A DNA stretch of 64,000 bases from Macrostomum lignano (lineage: Eukaryota): the NCBI GenBank assembly GCA_002269645.1, contig NIVC01000056.1:744001-808000 (forward strand). The letters are read 5' to 3'. Position 1 is the stretch's first letter. Each line of letters opens with the position of its first letter. The position numbers and the translations under genes are program-made. Positions 40,230 through 53,598 of this stretch are shown one piece after another. Below the pieces are notes generated by a model. That model was not told the DNA's origin. It worked only from the letters and a program-made list of their open reading frames with translations, and did no database searches.

Positions 40230-42490
40230 CACATAACCATCGGATTTGTCTATGGTCTGGATCTGTGTGCAACGATTCACTGACTTCACATACCAATCGG
40301 ATTTGTCTATGGTCTGGATCTGTGCGCAATGATTCACTGACTTCACATAACCATCGGATTTGTCTAGGGTCTGGATCTGTGCGCAATGATTCACTGACTT
40401 CACATAACCATCGGATTTGTCTAGGGTCTGGATCTGTGCGCAATGATTCACTGACTTCACATAACCATCGGATTTGTCTATGGTCTGGATCTGTGCGCAA
40501 TGATTCACTGACTTCACATAACCATCGGATTTGTCTAGGGTCTGGATCTGTGTGAAATGATTCACTGACTTCACATAACCATCGGATTTGTCTAGGGTCT
40601 GGATCTGTGCGCAATGATTCACTGACTTCACATAACCATCGGATTTGTCTAGGGTCTGGATCTGTGCGCAATGATTCACTGACTTCACATAACCATCGGA
40701 TCTGTCTAGGGTCTGGATCTGTGTGCAATGAGTCACTGACTTCACATAACCATCGGATTTGTCTAGGGTCTGGATCTGTGTGCAATGAGTCACTGACTTC
40801 ACATAACCATCGGATTTGTCTAGGGTCTGGATCTGTGTGCAATGATTCACTGACTTCACATAACCATCGGATTTGTCTATGGTCTGGATCTGTGTGCAAT
40901 GATTCACTGACTTCACATAACCATCGGATTTGTCTATGGTCTGGATCTGTGCGCAATGATTCACTGACTTCACATAACCATCGGATTTGTCTATGGTCTG
41001 GATCTGTGCGCAATGATTCACTGACTTCACATAACCATCGGATTTGTCTAGGGTCTGGATCTGTGTGCAATGATTCACTGACTTCACATAACCATCGGAT
41101 TTGTCTAGGGTCTGGATCTGTGCGCAATGATTCACTGACTTCACATAACCATCGGATTTGTCTAGGGTCTGGATCTGTGTGCAATGATTCACTGACTTCA
41201 CATAACCATCGGATTTGTCTATGGTCTGGATCTGTGTGCAATGATTCACTGACTTCACATAACCATCGGATTTGTCTATGGTCTGGATCTGTGCGCAATG
41301 ATTCACTGACTTCACATAACCATCGGATTTGTCTATGGTCTGGATCTGTGCGCAATGATTCACTGACTTCACATAACCATCGGATTTGTCTAGGGTCTGG
41401 ATCTGTGTGCAATGATTCACTGACTTCACATAACCATCGGATTTGTCTAGGGTCTGGATCTGTGCGCAATGATTCACTGACTTCACATAACCATCGGATC
41501 TGTCTAGGGTCTGGATCTGTGTGCAATGAGTCACTGACTTCACATAACCATCGGATTTGTCTAGGGTCTGGATCTGTGTGCAATGAGTCACTGACTTCAC
41601 ATAACCATCGGATTTGTCTAGGGTCTGGATCTGTGCGCAATGATTCACTGACTTCACATAACCATCGGATCTGTCTAGGGTCTGGATCTGTGTGCAATGA
41701 TTCACTGACTTCACATAACCATCGGATTTGTCTAGGGTCTGGATCTGTGTGCAATGAGTCACTGACTTCACATAACCATCGGATCTGTCTAGGGTCTGGA
41801 TCTGTGCGCAATGATTCACTGACTTCACATAACCATCGGATTTGTCTATGGTCTGGATCTGTGCGCAATGATTCACTGACTTCACATAACCATCGGATCT
41901 GTCTAGGGTCTGGATCTGTGTGCAATGATTCACTGACTTCACATAACCATCGGATCTGTCTATGGTCTGGATCTGTGCGCAATGATTCACTGACTTCACA
42001 TAACCATCGGATCTGTCTAGGGTCTGGATCTGTGTGCAATGATTCACTGACTTCACATAACCATCGGATCTGTCTAGGGTCTGGATCTGTGTGCAATGAG
42101 TCACTGACTTCACATAACCATCGGATTTGTCTATGGTCTGGATCTGTGCGCAATGATTCACTGACTTCACATAACCATCGGATTTGTCTATGGTCTGGAT
42201 CTGTGTGCAATGATTCACTGACTTCACATAACCATCGGATTTGTCTATGGTCTGGATCTGTGCGCAATGATTCACTGACTTCACATAACCATCGGATTTG
42301 TCTATGGTCTGGATCTGTGCGCAATGATTCACTGACTTCACATAACCATCGGATATGTCTAGGGTCTGGATCTGTGCGCAATGATTCACTGACTTCACAT
42401 AACCATCGGATTTGTCTATGGTCTGGATCTGTGCGCAATGATTCACTGACTTCACATAACCATCGGATATGTCTAGGGTCTGGATCTGTG
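40230..42490 (+). repeat. 54-bp minisatellite, ~42 units
   Basis: CATAACCATCGGATTTGTCTA(G/T)GGTCTGGATCTGTG(C/T)GCAATGATTCACTGACTTCA, highly homogeneous. Confidence 0.98.
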
Positions 42491-43170
42491 TGCAAGGAAA
42501 CAAGACTGAGCAGGAAAATCTCTGTCCAATACGTATCTATTTAGAAGCCTGTCAAAAATAAACGCAAGAAGTTGCAGTGCAGAATTGCTTATATTCTTAA
42601 AGCAGAGGCCAGCAAACACTTTAGCTCTGAACTAGATTGGAGGGAATAGAGGAAAGAGAAGATAAAAGAGGTGATAGATGAAGGGAGAGAGAAGAGGGGA
42701 GACTGGATAGAACAGAGCTGAGAAGAGACAGAAGCCTCGAGTAGCTGACTGAAAGAAGTCCTTAAAAAACAAACTCTCAAAGTAGTCCTATTCAACGAGC
42801 GTAGAATAAAAATTGAAATCAACAAGAAAAGCACTTGAGAACAAAGTTTAACGCAAACATGCATTTTTAAATAAAAAAATCCACTTAAATTTATTGTTTT
42901 CAATTAATTAATAAAACTACCTTTATCCGACAGAGGCTTACAGACAAGATAGAACGCGGGTAGAGCAATTAAAATCCAAATTGGACGGAGTAAAATGACT
43001 ATAAGATAAAAAATGGTGCACTGTCACAAATACATGATTCTGATTCTAGAAAAATAACATACAATACATGACGAGCTTGGTCTAGAGTGAATGTTTTAAT
43101 ATTGTCGAAAAATCAATATTTCGAACTTTCGATAGATAGGTCCCCAATTCCACTGACTTCTGAGCACATT

Positions 43171-43242
43171 GTGTACAGCGGCCCTTTGACTTTCTAAAAT
43201 CATACGGCATGTACACCCTCCGTGCCTTGGGGGTTGGCCCTC
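43171..43242 (-). mobile_element. Isolated copy of the SINE family A internal stem-loop module
   Basis: Minus strand reads GAGGGCCAACCCCCAAGGCACGGAGGGTGTACATGCCGTATGATTTTAGAAAGTCAAAGGGCCGCTGTACAC; the flanks are unrelated to family A. Confidence 0.7.
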
Positions 43243-44237
43243 ATGACTCCCATGCTCAGCCATAATTTTCAAACTCAATTGTGTGTTGAAAGTATTCGAA
43301 AGAAGCAGACAATAAAAAAAGAAAACCAGAACTTAAAATTGAAACATAAAAATATGAATAAAAAATAGACCAGAAAAAACAGGACAGGAATGTATGTTGA
43401 AGTTTCTAAGAAAGCAGTGCATTTTTGATACAGCAGAGTATCATTTTATGTTGCTAAGCTGTATATCGCATTTTCAGTACGCATATAAGCATTTGTAGTT
43501 GAAATATTATAATAATAATATAGGCCAGTGTCTAAATGCTATTACTCGTAGCAAAACAGGTGACAAGACTCGAGTAGACTAATTATGTTGAGTAATATTT
43601 ATAATTTTTAATAGTGACAATAAAAATGAAAAACTTTGCAACATCTCTCTCTTCTTGAACTTCCAGTACTCAAGCTTTGCTGTTAGGAGCTGAAATGGAT
43701 TAAAATGACAATTTTTGTAGACTCAAGAATCCTGTCTACTCTTAAGTTGTTTTAATTGACAACAATATACAGTTTTTTTAAACTACATTATTATTTAACG
43801 AGGCGAAACATGAAGCACTTTTATATATGAGTTATCAAGGGCAATCAGACATAAAAGTACAATTGTTAATATCCTACGGACTATATAAAACGTATTTCAG
43901 ACAACAATAATACGAATATATAGATATATATAGATAAGCTATAGAAAATGCTACCCTTTAAAATTTACCAACTTGCCAAAAATGACTTGTCGAAGTAAAA
44001 ATTATCTGAAAATAAGTTATAATTAAAATTTGATAATGGAGATTTTAACTACTTTTAGTAGCTTAACTGCAAAAGCATATACTAAAAATATTTGACACAG
44101 CGAAATTAGTAGAAAAAATAGCAAATCAAACTATTTTAAACAAAGGAAAGCAATAATTAATCTTCTAGACATGATGGCAAAAATTGGGTAACCTGACCCT
44201 CCAGATTGCAAACCTACCGATATGTATAGAAAATGAC

Positions 44238-46189
44238 TTACCATTGATCAACAGATGCTTCGGGTATTTCGCAGCCGTCAACAATCAGAGCGTGCAGCAG
44301 CCCAGTACGCTTGTGCCCGCTAGTGATGGCTTTGATGTAGCAGGCGTGGCCGCTAATGTTAAAGTGGGTCTCTGTGCCGTCGTCAGTGAATTCACCCTGT
44401 GCGTGTGTGCATTTTTTGACGATTCAAAAACTTCAGTTATGAACTTGATATAAATTTGATTGAAGTACCATGCAGTGAATGACACAGTGCTTATTGAAAA
44501 ACTGAATAGGATCTGAGACAGGATAGGACAGGACACTGAAGGATCTGAGACAGGATAGGACAGGACACTGAAGGATCTGAGACAGGATAGGACAGGACAC
44601 TGAAGGATCTGAGACAGGATAGGACAGGACACTGAAGGATCTGAGACAGAATAGGACAAGACACTGAAGGATCTGAGACAGGATAGGACAGGACACTGAA
44701 GGATCTGAGACAGGATAGGACAGGACACTGAAGGATCTGAGACAGAATAGGACAAGACACTGAAGGATCTGAGACAGGATAGGACAGGACACTGAAGGAT
44801 CTGAGACAGGATAGGACAGGACACTGAAGGATCTGAGACAGGATAGGACAAGACACTGAAGGATCTGAGACAGGATAGGACAGGACACTGAAGGATCTGA
44901 GACAGGATAGGACAGGACACTGAAGGATCTGAGACAGGATAGGACAGGACACTGAAGGATCTGAGACAGGATAGGACAGGACACTGAAGGATCTGAGACA
45001 CAGGGAGTGTACATATACTGAAGATTCTTAGACACAGGGGGTGTACAGACACTGAAGGATCTGAGACACAGGGGCAGACCCTCAGCAACTCACGGCAGTC
45101 TCCACCCGCTTGCTATTAACATAGACATCCAAGGTGTCCTTCTCCAGCACAACTCTGGTCATCTTGCCATCCACTGGACACAGCCAACACTTGAGCACCT
45201 TGGACTGGTTCTCCGTGAACTTTTCCAACGGTTTACCATTGACGTACAAGCAGTATTCGTAAGCAAAACCGCTGACAGCGTCAATTCGAATGACGCAACG
45301 AGTATCTTTGATTTTGAACTCCTCTGAGCCAACCAGTTTAAACATGAACTCCTCGCGGCGAATGCACTGGATTGCGATTCACATAGGGCGACGAATTTTT
45401 TTCAATTAAGTTCTAGTGATATCGCTCGCAAATCTCATCCGCGAATCGCCATAAATATCACCTGAGAATCGCCCTACTCACCGAAGAATCGCCCCAAATC
45501 TCACCTGAGAATCATTCCAAATCTCACCTGAGAATCACTCCAAATCTCACCTGAGAAGCACCCAAAATCTCACTCGAGAATCACCTATAAATCTCGCCGG
45601 AGAATCGCCCCAAATCTCACCTGAGAAACACCCCAAATCTCACCAGAGAATCACCTTAAATATCACTCGGAAATCGCCTATCAATCTCACCAGAGAATCA
45701 CCTTAAATCTCACTCGGAAATCGCCTATCAATCTCACCAGAGAATCACCCCAAATCTCACCTGAGAATAGTCAATAAATCTTACCAAAGAATCCCCTATA
45801 AATCTCACCGGAGAATCGCCTTAAATCTCACCTGAGAATCGCCCCAAATCTCACCGGAGAATCGCCTTAAATCTCACCCGAGAATCGCCCTAAATCTCAC
45901 CCGAGAATCGCCTTTTCGCCTTAAATCTCACCCGAGAATCGCCTATTCGCCCTAAATCTCACCCGAGAATCACCCAAATTTCAACATAGAATCGCTAGAC
46001 GTAAAACTCTAAAAATTTTTTTTTTGTCACAAAAACTACCAAATGTGTATCGAATATACATATATTGCTACTTACTCGTCCATTAATAAAGACTGCCCGC
46101 CCACCAGTAGTAGTGCCGTGCTCAAACTCTACAATGTAGACTCCGTCGCTGAGGGGCACCTCCCATCTGGCCACTTTTTCGCTTGGCAT
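44238..46189 (-). CDS. FAIM: Fas apoptotic inhibitory molecule (181 aa)
   Basis: Exons 46189-46076, 45366-45094, 44396-44238, all phase 0, GT-AG. Motifs VARWEVPLSDGVYIVEFEHGTTTG, MFKLVGSE, YEYCLYVNGK, RVVLEKDTLDV, GEFTDDGTETHF. Confidence 0.94.
44505..45075 (+). repeat. 32-bp minisatellite GATCTGAGACAGGATAGGACAGGACACTGAAG (FAIM intron 2)
   Basis: Tandem units starting ~20 nt after the donor. Confidence 0.96.
45440..45975 (+). repeat. Degenerate 22-bp minisatellite GAGAATCGCCCCAAATCTCACC (FAIM intron 1)
   Basis: Tandem units. Confidence 0.9.
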
Positions 46190-46334
46190 GCTTTATCCGG
46201 TGAAGGCAGCGTGAGGCTGAAAAAATCAGCATCACTGTTTAGGTAAAAGATATAAAATTCACTTTTGGTTTAAAAACTTATTGACAGACCACGGCTGACA
46301 TCTACAATTAGATATGCATACATAAGATCGGAGA

Positions 46335-46775
46335 GCATGACCAATTATGAGGATGCTTATGACCAGTGCGGTATGACTCTTATGACCAATTACGAGGATG
46401 CTTATGACCGTTTAGGTATGACTCTTATGACCAATTATGATGATGCTTATGACCGTTGCGGTATGACTCTAATGACCAACTATGAGGATGCTTATGACCG
46501 TTGCGGTATGACTCTTATGACCAATTATAAGGATGCTTATGACCGTTGCGGTATGACTCTAATGACCAATTATGAGGATGCTTATGACCGTTTAGGTATG
46601 ACTCTTATGACTAATTATGAGGATGCTTATGACCGTTGCGGTATGACTCTTATGACTAATTATGAGGATGCTTATGACCGTTGCGGTATGACTCTTATGA
46701 CTAATTATGAGGATGCTTATGACCGTTGCGGTATGACTGTTATGACCAATTATGAGGATGATTATGACCGCTTTT
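46335..46775 (+). repeat. 45-bp minisatellite, ~10 units
   Basis: ATGACCAATTATGAGGATGCTTATGACCGTTGCGGTATGACTCTT. Confidence 0.95.
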
Positions 46776-47519
46776 GAATTTCTATAATTAAGGAGCAAGA
46801 AAAACGAAGTCAGAAAAGCATTAATATAGGAGAGAGAAAGAGTTGACACTGTATTTTATTGAAATAAATATTATTATCAGATTTCAGATCTGCAAAAATG
46901 AAAATATGGAGACAGGGGGATTCAGCTTCAAGGAAAAACGATTATGATTATGATTATGATTAATATTAATACCATCCTGTTGTATACAGAAATCAAATAC
47001 GTTTTACAAAGCGATTCAAAACTTCTTTGGCAGCTAATCTTTCGGTCTAGTAAATGAACAACAAAACCTATCAACAGAAATCAAATAGTGAGACATAAAA
47101 AATGTACACTCATAGCTTCGCAGAGTAATAAAAAATTAATGTACATACAAATCTATTAATCGAACACATACTTCTACTCGAGTTAAATTAAATACAGTTC
47201 ATGCAGTTTTTAATACAAATTTGAAAACCTGAAATTAAAATAACAAATACAATCCATCCATTAGAAGCCAGTGTTATATTATCAAATTGGCCTCTAAAAT
47301 ACAGATTTACTAGCACTCAAAACTTAAAACTATTATTTAGCAGCATTAGCAGACTGCACTACACACAAGCACATGCGAAAGGACACCAACCAGTACAGGG
47401 ACACTGAAAGTTATTAAACGAATCGAATGTTATTCTGCGAATGTTTTGTTATTCTGCGAAGATTTAGGAACACGAGAGGTCAAGGAACAGTAGAGGTTAT
47501 TGAACAAGAGAGCTTAAGG

Positions 47520-47850
47520 AAAATATGAGGTCATTGAACATAAGAGGTCATTGAACATGAGAGGTCATTGAACATGAGAGGTCATTGAACATGAGAGGTC
47601 ATTGAACAAGAGAGGTCATTGAACAAGAGAAGTCAAGAAACATAAGAGGTCATTGAACAAGGGTTTAGGGATATGAAAGGTCATTAAACAAGAGGTCATT
47701 GAACAAGGGCTTAGGGATATGAAAGGTCATTAAACAAGAGGTCATTGAACAAGATATTTCAAGGAAAATAGAGGTCAGTGAACAAGAGAAGTCAAGAAAC
47801 ATAAGAGGTCACTGAACAAGGGTTTAGGAATACGAAAGGTCATTAAAACA
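47520..47850 (+). repeat. Degenerate 17-bp repeat GAGGTCATTGAACA(T/A)GA
   Basis: Tandem units. Confidence 0.85.
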
Positions 47851-48879
47851 AGATTAAAGTTTTGAGAAGCTAAGTAGGTTTAACAGTGAGGCTTAACAGT
47901 GCGGGACACCAGCAAACAAGAGATCATGACAGCAAAAAAATATTGAAGTTAATATTAAATATTATCAGCAAAACGAAAGTTTATAGTACTAATTTCATAA
48001 ATTGATAACTTTTAACAGGTAGATAAAAAGAAATTACCAGATTACACTTTTGCACAGTAAGACGTGGCACTTTATTTGTGATTCGACATCACTATATAAT
48101 CAAATCAATTTATAACTTATTAGCTACTGTTTGCTATACATACTACTTTTAACAAAGTTCGTTAACAAAATGCATAAATAGGTCTGGGTCTGAGAAAGAA
48201 AAAATAAACAGCACGTCAAAATAATTATAAATATTAAGATTATTAACACATCAAAATTAAATTTAATTATTACAAGGATTAAGGAATATAATTATTAACA
48301 GAGTTAAATAGAAAAACTAAAGTACAAAAATTTGAACAGACAGAAGTCACCTGACTAGGCTTATTTAATACTTATCGAGTGTTTAAACTTAGCACACAAA
48401 TTAACTTTATCAGCAACAACTGTGCCATACAAAAAATCACAGTATTAAATTAATAAACATAACAAAATCTTAATTACTTATATTTATTACAATATGAAAA
48501 TACTGCAAGAAAAAATTATAGTTATTGATCGACATATTAAATTGGCTGATAACTGTACATCAGATTAATAATCAACATATACAGACCTGTCAGACACTTA
48601 CAAAAATGAATACACGAGGCCAAATTCGGTGTTTAAGAAAGTAAAGGCAAAATGTGAATAAAAAGACATTTTGCTTTTTTATTATTTCTTTGAAAAAAAT
48701 TGAGTCAAAACAGCCTGACAAACACGGTGACAGATTTTTTATGCACAATGCATTTGTTTTATATGCATTTTGCAAGCTAAATTAGACTATGAGCACAGAT
48801 ACACTATGATATATTAAATTCAAATGTTCGCTCTGCACATATCTACTCACTTTCAGTAAGAATCTTCAACCTAACTTTG

Positions 48880-49170
48880 CCCTCTCTCCTTACTGCTCTC
48901 TCATTGGCTGAGCCAGATTGGGACTGTCCCCCCTAGGCTGGAGTTTCGTCCGTCTGAATTTGACCTCTCTCCTTACTGCTCTCTCATTGGCTGAGCCAGA
49001 TTGGGACTGTCCCCACTAGGCTGGAGTTTCGTCCGTCTAACTTTGACCTCTCTCCTTCCTGCTCTCTCATTGGCTGAGCTAAATTTGGCCTGCCCCTAGG
49101 CTGAGTTTCGTCCGTCTGACTTTGCCCTCTCTCTTTACTGCTCTCTGATTGGTTGAGCTAGATCGGGCCT
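48880..49170 (+). repeat. ~80-bp tandem repeat, about 4 units, each with ATTGG (reverse CCAAT)
   Basis: CTCTCTCCTTACTGCTCTCTCATTGGCTGAGC...CTAGGCTGGAGTTTCGTCCGTCT units. Confidence 0.85.
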
Positions 49171-49383
49171 GCTGACAAGTTGAATTACGTCTCTCTCGGC
49201 GTTCACTTCTGTACATCGAATTAAATGCTTGCTGTTCATTCTCAACCCAAAATGTTCATGAGGCGCTGCTAACCCCGAGGAATGAATGAAAATTTTAGCT
49301 TGTCCAATTAAATTTGAGTGACACTACGCAGACAAACTACTGAAAAAAGAGTAGACGTTCTTATGAAAACTGTAGCAAAGTTA

Positions 49384-49966
49384 TTAAGAATCAGCTGTTG
49401 CCGCCTCACTGCCGGTTCGCTCTACAAGACGAAAGGCGAAGACTCCAATACGAAGGCATCTGAGCCGTTCCTGCTGCTGCTGACAGCGAGAAAAGGTTAA
49501 TCTTAATCGATTCTCGCCCGGCAAGCAGTTACTCAAACCGACTAGAAATCGATCGCCGCTAACTAACAATGGCAATTGTCGATGATCGTTTAATAACACG
49601 CTGGTCACGTGACACGGACCATCGGATAGCCAACAGTGCAGGTTGAGCGGTGGCTCTTCGGCACCGCCACTGGCTGGCGCTAGCAGCAGCGATCTGGGCT
49701 GCTGGTGGCAGTGGATCAGAGCCAGAACGTGACCGCGCCGAGCGGCTTCATCAGCGGGTAGGTGAAAATTTGTCGACCAGTTCCGATTGTTGTTCGCTGG
49801 ACAAAACAAGTCGGATGGGTTTGAGTAGCTTTACAGATTGTGAGATGACAATACTCGTGGAGTAACTAACAGCTTAGAAACCACATACTATAGCAACCGA
49901 TTAGAAGCCACATAGCAGCCGATTAAAAACCGCATAGCAACAGCCTAGAAACCACATAGCAACAGC

Positions 49967-50004
<38 letters not shown>

Positions 50005-53000
50005 CATGCGTAAAGAAATTTCACAGAAACCGCATAGCAACAGCATAGAAACCGCATAGCAGCAGCCTAAAACACCCAGCAACAGCCTAGAAACCGCATA
50101 GCAACAGCCTAGAAACCGCATAGCAACAGCCTAGAAACCGCATTGCAACAGCCTAGAAACCGCATTGCAACAGCCTAGAAACCGCATTGCAACAGCCTAG
50201 AAACCGCATTGCAACAGCCTAGAAACCGCATTGCAACAGCCTAGAAACCGCATAGCAACAGCCTAGAAACCGCATAGCAACAGCCTAGAAACCGCATTGC
50301 AACAGCCTAGAAACCGCATTGCAACAGCCTAGAAACCGCATTGCAACAGCCTAGAAACCGCATTGCAACAGCCTAGAAACCGCATTGCAACAGCCTAGAA
50401 ACCGCATAGCAACAGCCTAGAAACCGCATTGCAACAGCCTAGAAACCGCATAGCAACAGCCTAGAAACCGCATAGCAACAGCCTAGAAACCGCATTGCAA
50501 CAGCCTAGAAACCGCATTGCAACAGCCTAGAAACCGCATTGCAACAGCCTAGAAACCGCATAGCAACAGCCTAGAAACCGCATAGCAACAGCCTAGAAAC
50601 CGCATTGCAACAGCCTAGAAACCGCATAGCAACAGACTAGAAACGGCATAGCAACAGCCTAGAAACCGCATTGCAACAGCCTAGAAACCGCATAGCAACA
50701 GCCTAGAAACCGCATTGCAACAGCCTAGAAACCGCATTGCAACAGCCTAGAAACCGCATTGCAACAGCCTAGAAACCGCATTGCAACAGCCTAGAAACCG
50801 CATAGCAACAGCCTAGAAACCGCATTGCAACAGCCTAGAAACCGCATAGCAACAGCCTAGAAACCGCATTGCAACAGCCTAGAAACCGCATAGCAACAGC
50901 CTAGAAACCGCATTGCAACAGCCTAGAAACCGCATAGCAACAGCCTACAAACCGCATAGAAACAGCCTAGAAACCGCATTGCAACAGCCTAGAAACCGCA
51001 TTGCAACAGCCTAGAAACCGCATAGCAACAGCCTAGAAACCGCATAGCAACAGCCTAGAAACCGCATTGCAACAGCCTAGAAACCGCATAGCAACAGCCT
51101 AGAAACCGCATAGCAACAGCCTAGAAACCGCATAGCAACAGCCTAGAAACCGCATAGCCCTGGAAAAACCAAAGAAAGCTCACAGCTATCCGAGTCGACT
51201 GCAGCCGCAGCACTCCCAGGCCGAACATAATGCGGAGCGAACAGCAGCACAGCCGGTTCGAATCCAAATCTACCCAGCCGATCAATCAAAAGATCGTGCA
51301 TCGATTTGCACACCTGCCGAGCGCAGCGTTGCAATACCAACGCGCTGCGCTGACAAGTTTGCTTAGCATAGCGCAACGCTGTTAAATTATCGCGCGAGTC
51401 GACAATAGCGGCAAAATCTACGCCACCTTCAGAGCAGAGAGCTTCCACTAGATGAGGCCGGCGATTACGGATGGCTCTGTAGAGTGCGGAGCTTCTGCAG
51501 CCGCCGACGCCGCTGTCGTCGAAGCAACAGTGGTCGGGATCGGCACCGGCAATCAGCAGGCGATGCACAGTAGGCAGCGAGTCCTGTTCAACCGCCAGCA
51601 TTAGAGGCGAAGCCGGGCCGAAGCAGGGGTCCGGCGATTGGAAATTCACGTCTAGATTCTGCAGGCATTGTTGAAGGATTTCAAGTTGATAGTTTCTCCC
51701 TTAGGATAGAGATAATTAATGCAAACAGAACATACATGCATGTACAAGAAAAGTGAGAAGGCTCATGAACTTTCGAGTTTGTTAAGATTCGAGCTTGTAA
51801 AGATTCAAGTTTGTGAAGATTCAAGCTTATGAAGATTGGAGCTTGTGAAGATTGGAGCTGGTGAAGATTCAAGTTTGTGAAGATTCGAGCTTCTGAAGCT
51901 TCGAGCTTCTGAAGATTCGAGCCGGTGAAGATTCGAGTTGTGAAAACTACGTCACCCTAAGGCTACAAGAAAACATCTATCCAATTGGATTTCTAACCTG
52001 TCCATCACAAAACTCCGGCGCTTTAGCCAGCAACAGGTCCACCAGGCAAGCGTGACCACGGCTAGCCGCCAAGCAAAGCAGCCGGCGAAAACAGTCTAGC
52101 GTTAATCGCTCCTCAGACGAGACAGCAACTGACGGCATGGAAGCCATCGCTAAGCTGGCCCTACTAAATGATCCGCGAAGCATCAGAGTCCGCTGGACGG
52201 CAAGCCAGTCGCCACGTTCAACCGCCTGGCACAGCGCCGCAAACGACAACGGAGCGGAACGACGCCTGCGGCGAAATTGTTGCTTAGCTGACAAAGTCAA
52301 GACGTCGCCGCCATCAATCCGACCAACATCGCCCGAAACGCTCGGTCTCAGGTGAGCTCTAAACAGTTCAACTTGACTATAGGAAGGCGTTGGCAAATCT
52401 ACGCCAGTTAAATCGTCAAATTCGTCGATTTCATCATCGATTTGTTCATCATTTTCAACAACGCCTTCATCCTCGTGTTGTTGTTGCTTTTGTTGCTGCT
52501 TGATCTGCTTTCGCTTTTGCGTATGAATTCTAGGCTTTTTAGCGGATAAAAGCAAGTTGTTAAGCAAAGATTGCTGCTGCTGCTGCTTCTGCTGTTGTTG
52601 CTGCTGTTTAGGCGGAGTGACTGGGCAGCCAGAGTCGCAACTGGACGCCGAGTTATTAGCGATGACATCCTTGGCAACAACGCTTAAAGCGGCCACAGTG
52701 GAAGTTGTCAGGCCCTGGATGCAATGAGGTTGAAAATAAATGTGTGAGACTAATAGGCTTTATGTCTTGACTATACCTAGTTATACTGCTATTTTATTAT
52801 TATTTATATACATATCAGTTCAGCTATCTGTCGTAGTATCTGACTGTGTTTATACGAGTGTTTTAAGTGTCTTTGTTTTGTAGTGTCTGTCTGGCTTGTA
52901 GATTCTGTCTATCCTTGTAGTGTCTGCTTGTCTTGAAGTGTCTGCCTGTCTTGAAGTGTCTGCCTGTCTGTTTTCGTCAGTCTGTTTGTCTGTCTGTCAG

Positions 53001-53032
53001 TTGTCTGTCTGTCAGTTGTCTGTGTGTCTTAG

Positions 53033-53089
<57 letters not shown>

Positions 53090-53228
53090 TAGTGTCTGTC
53101 TTAGTGTCTGTCTGTCTGTCTGTCTGTCTGCCTTCCTGTCTGCCTGTCTATGTGTCTGTCTGTCTGTCTGTCTGCCTGTGTGTGTGTCTGTCAGTTCAGT
53201 TGTCTGTTTGTCTGTCTGTCAGTTCAGT

Positions 53229-53277
<49 letters not shown>

Positions 53278-53356
53278 TAGTGTCTGTCTGTCTGTCTGTC
53301 TGTCTGTCTGCCTGTCTTAGTGTCCGTCTGTCTGTCTGTTTGTCTGTCTGTCTTAG

Positions 53357-53397
<41 letters not shown>

Positions 53398-53460
53398 GCC
53401 TTCCTGTCTATGTGTCTGTCTGTCTGTCTGTCTGCCTGTGTGTGTGTCTGTCAGTTCAGT

Positions 53461-53539
<79 letters not shown>

Positions 53540-53565
53540 ATGTCTGTATGTCTGTCTTAGTGTCC

Positions 53566-53598
<33 letters not shown>

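Noticed and set aside
40171-42544. 645-774-aa repeat ORFs on both strands
   Set aside because: 54-bp array; three frames are open at once, with no unique N- or C-terminal domain.
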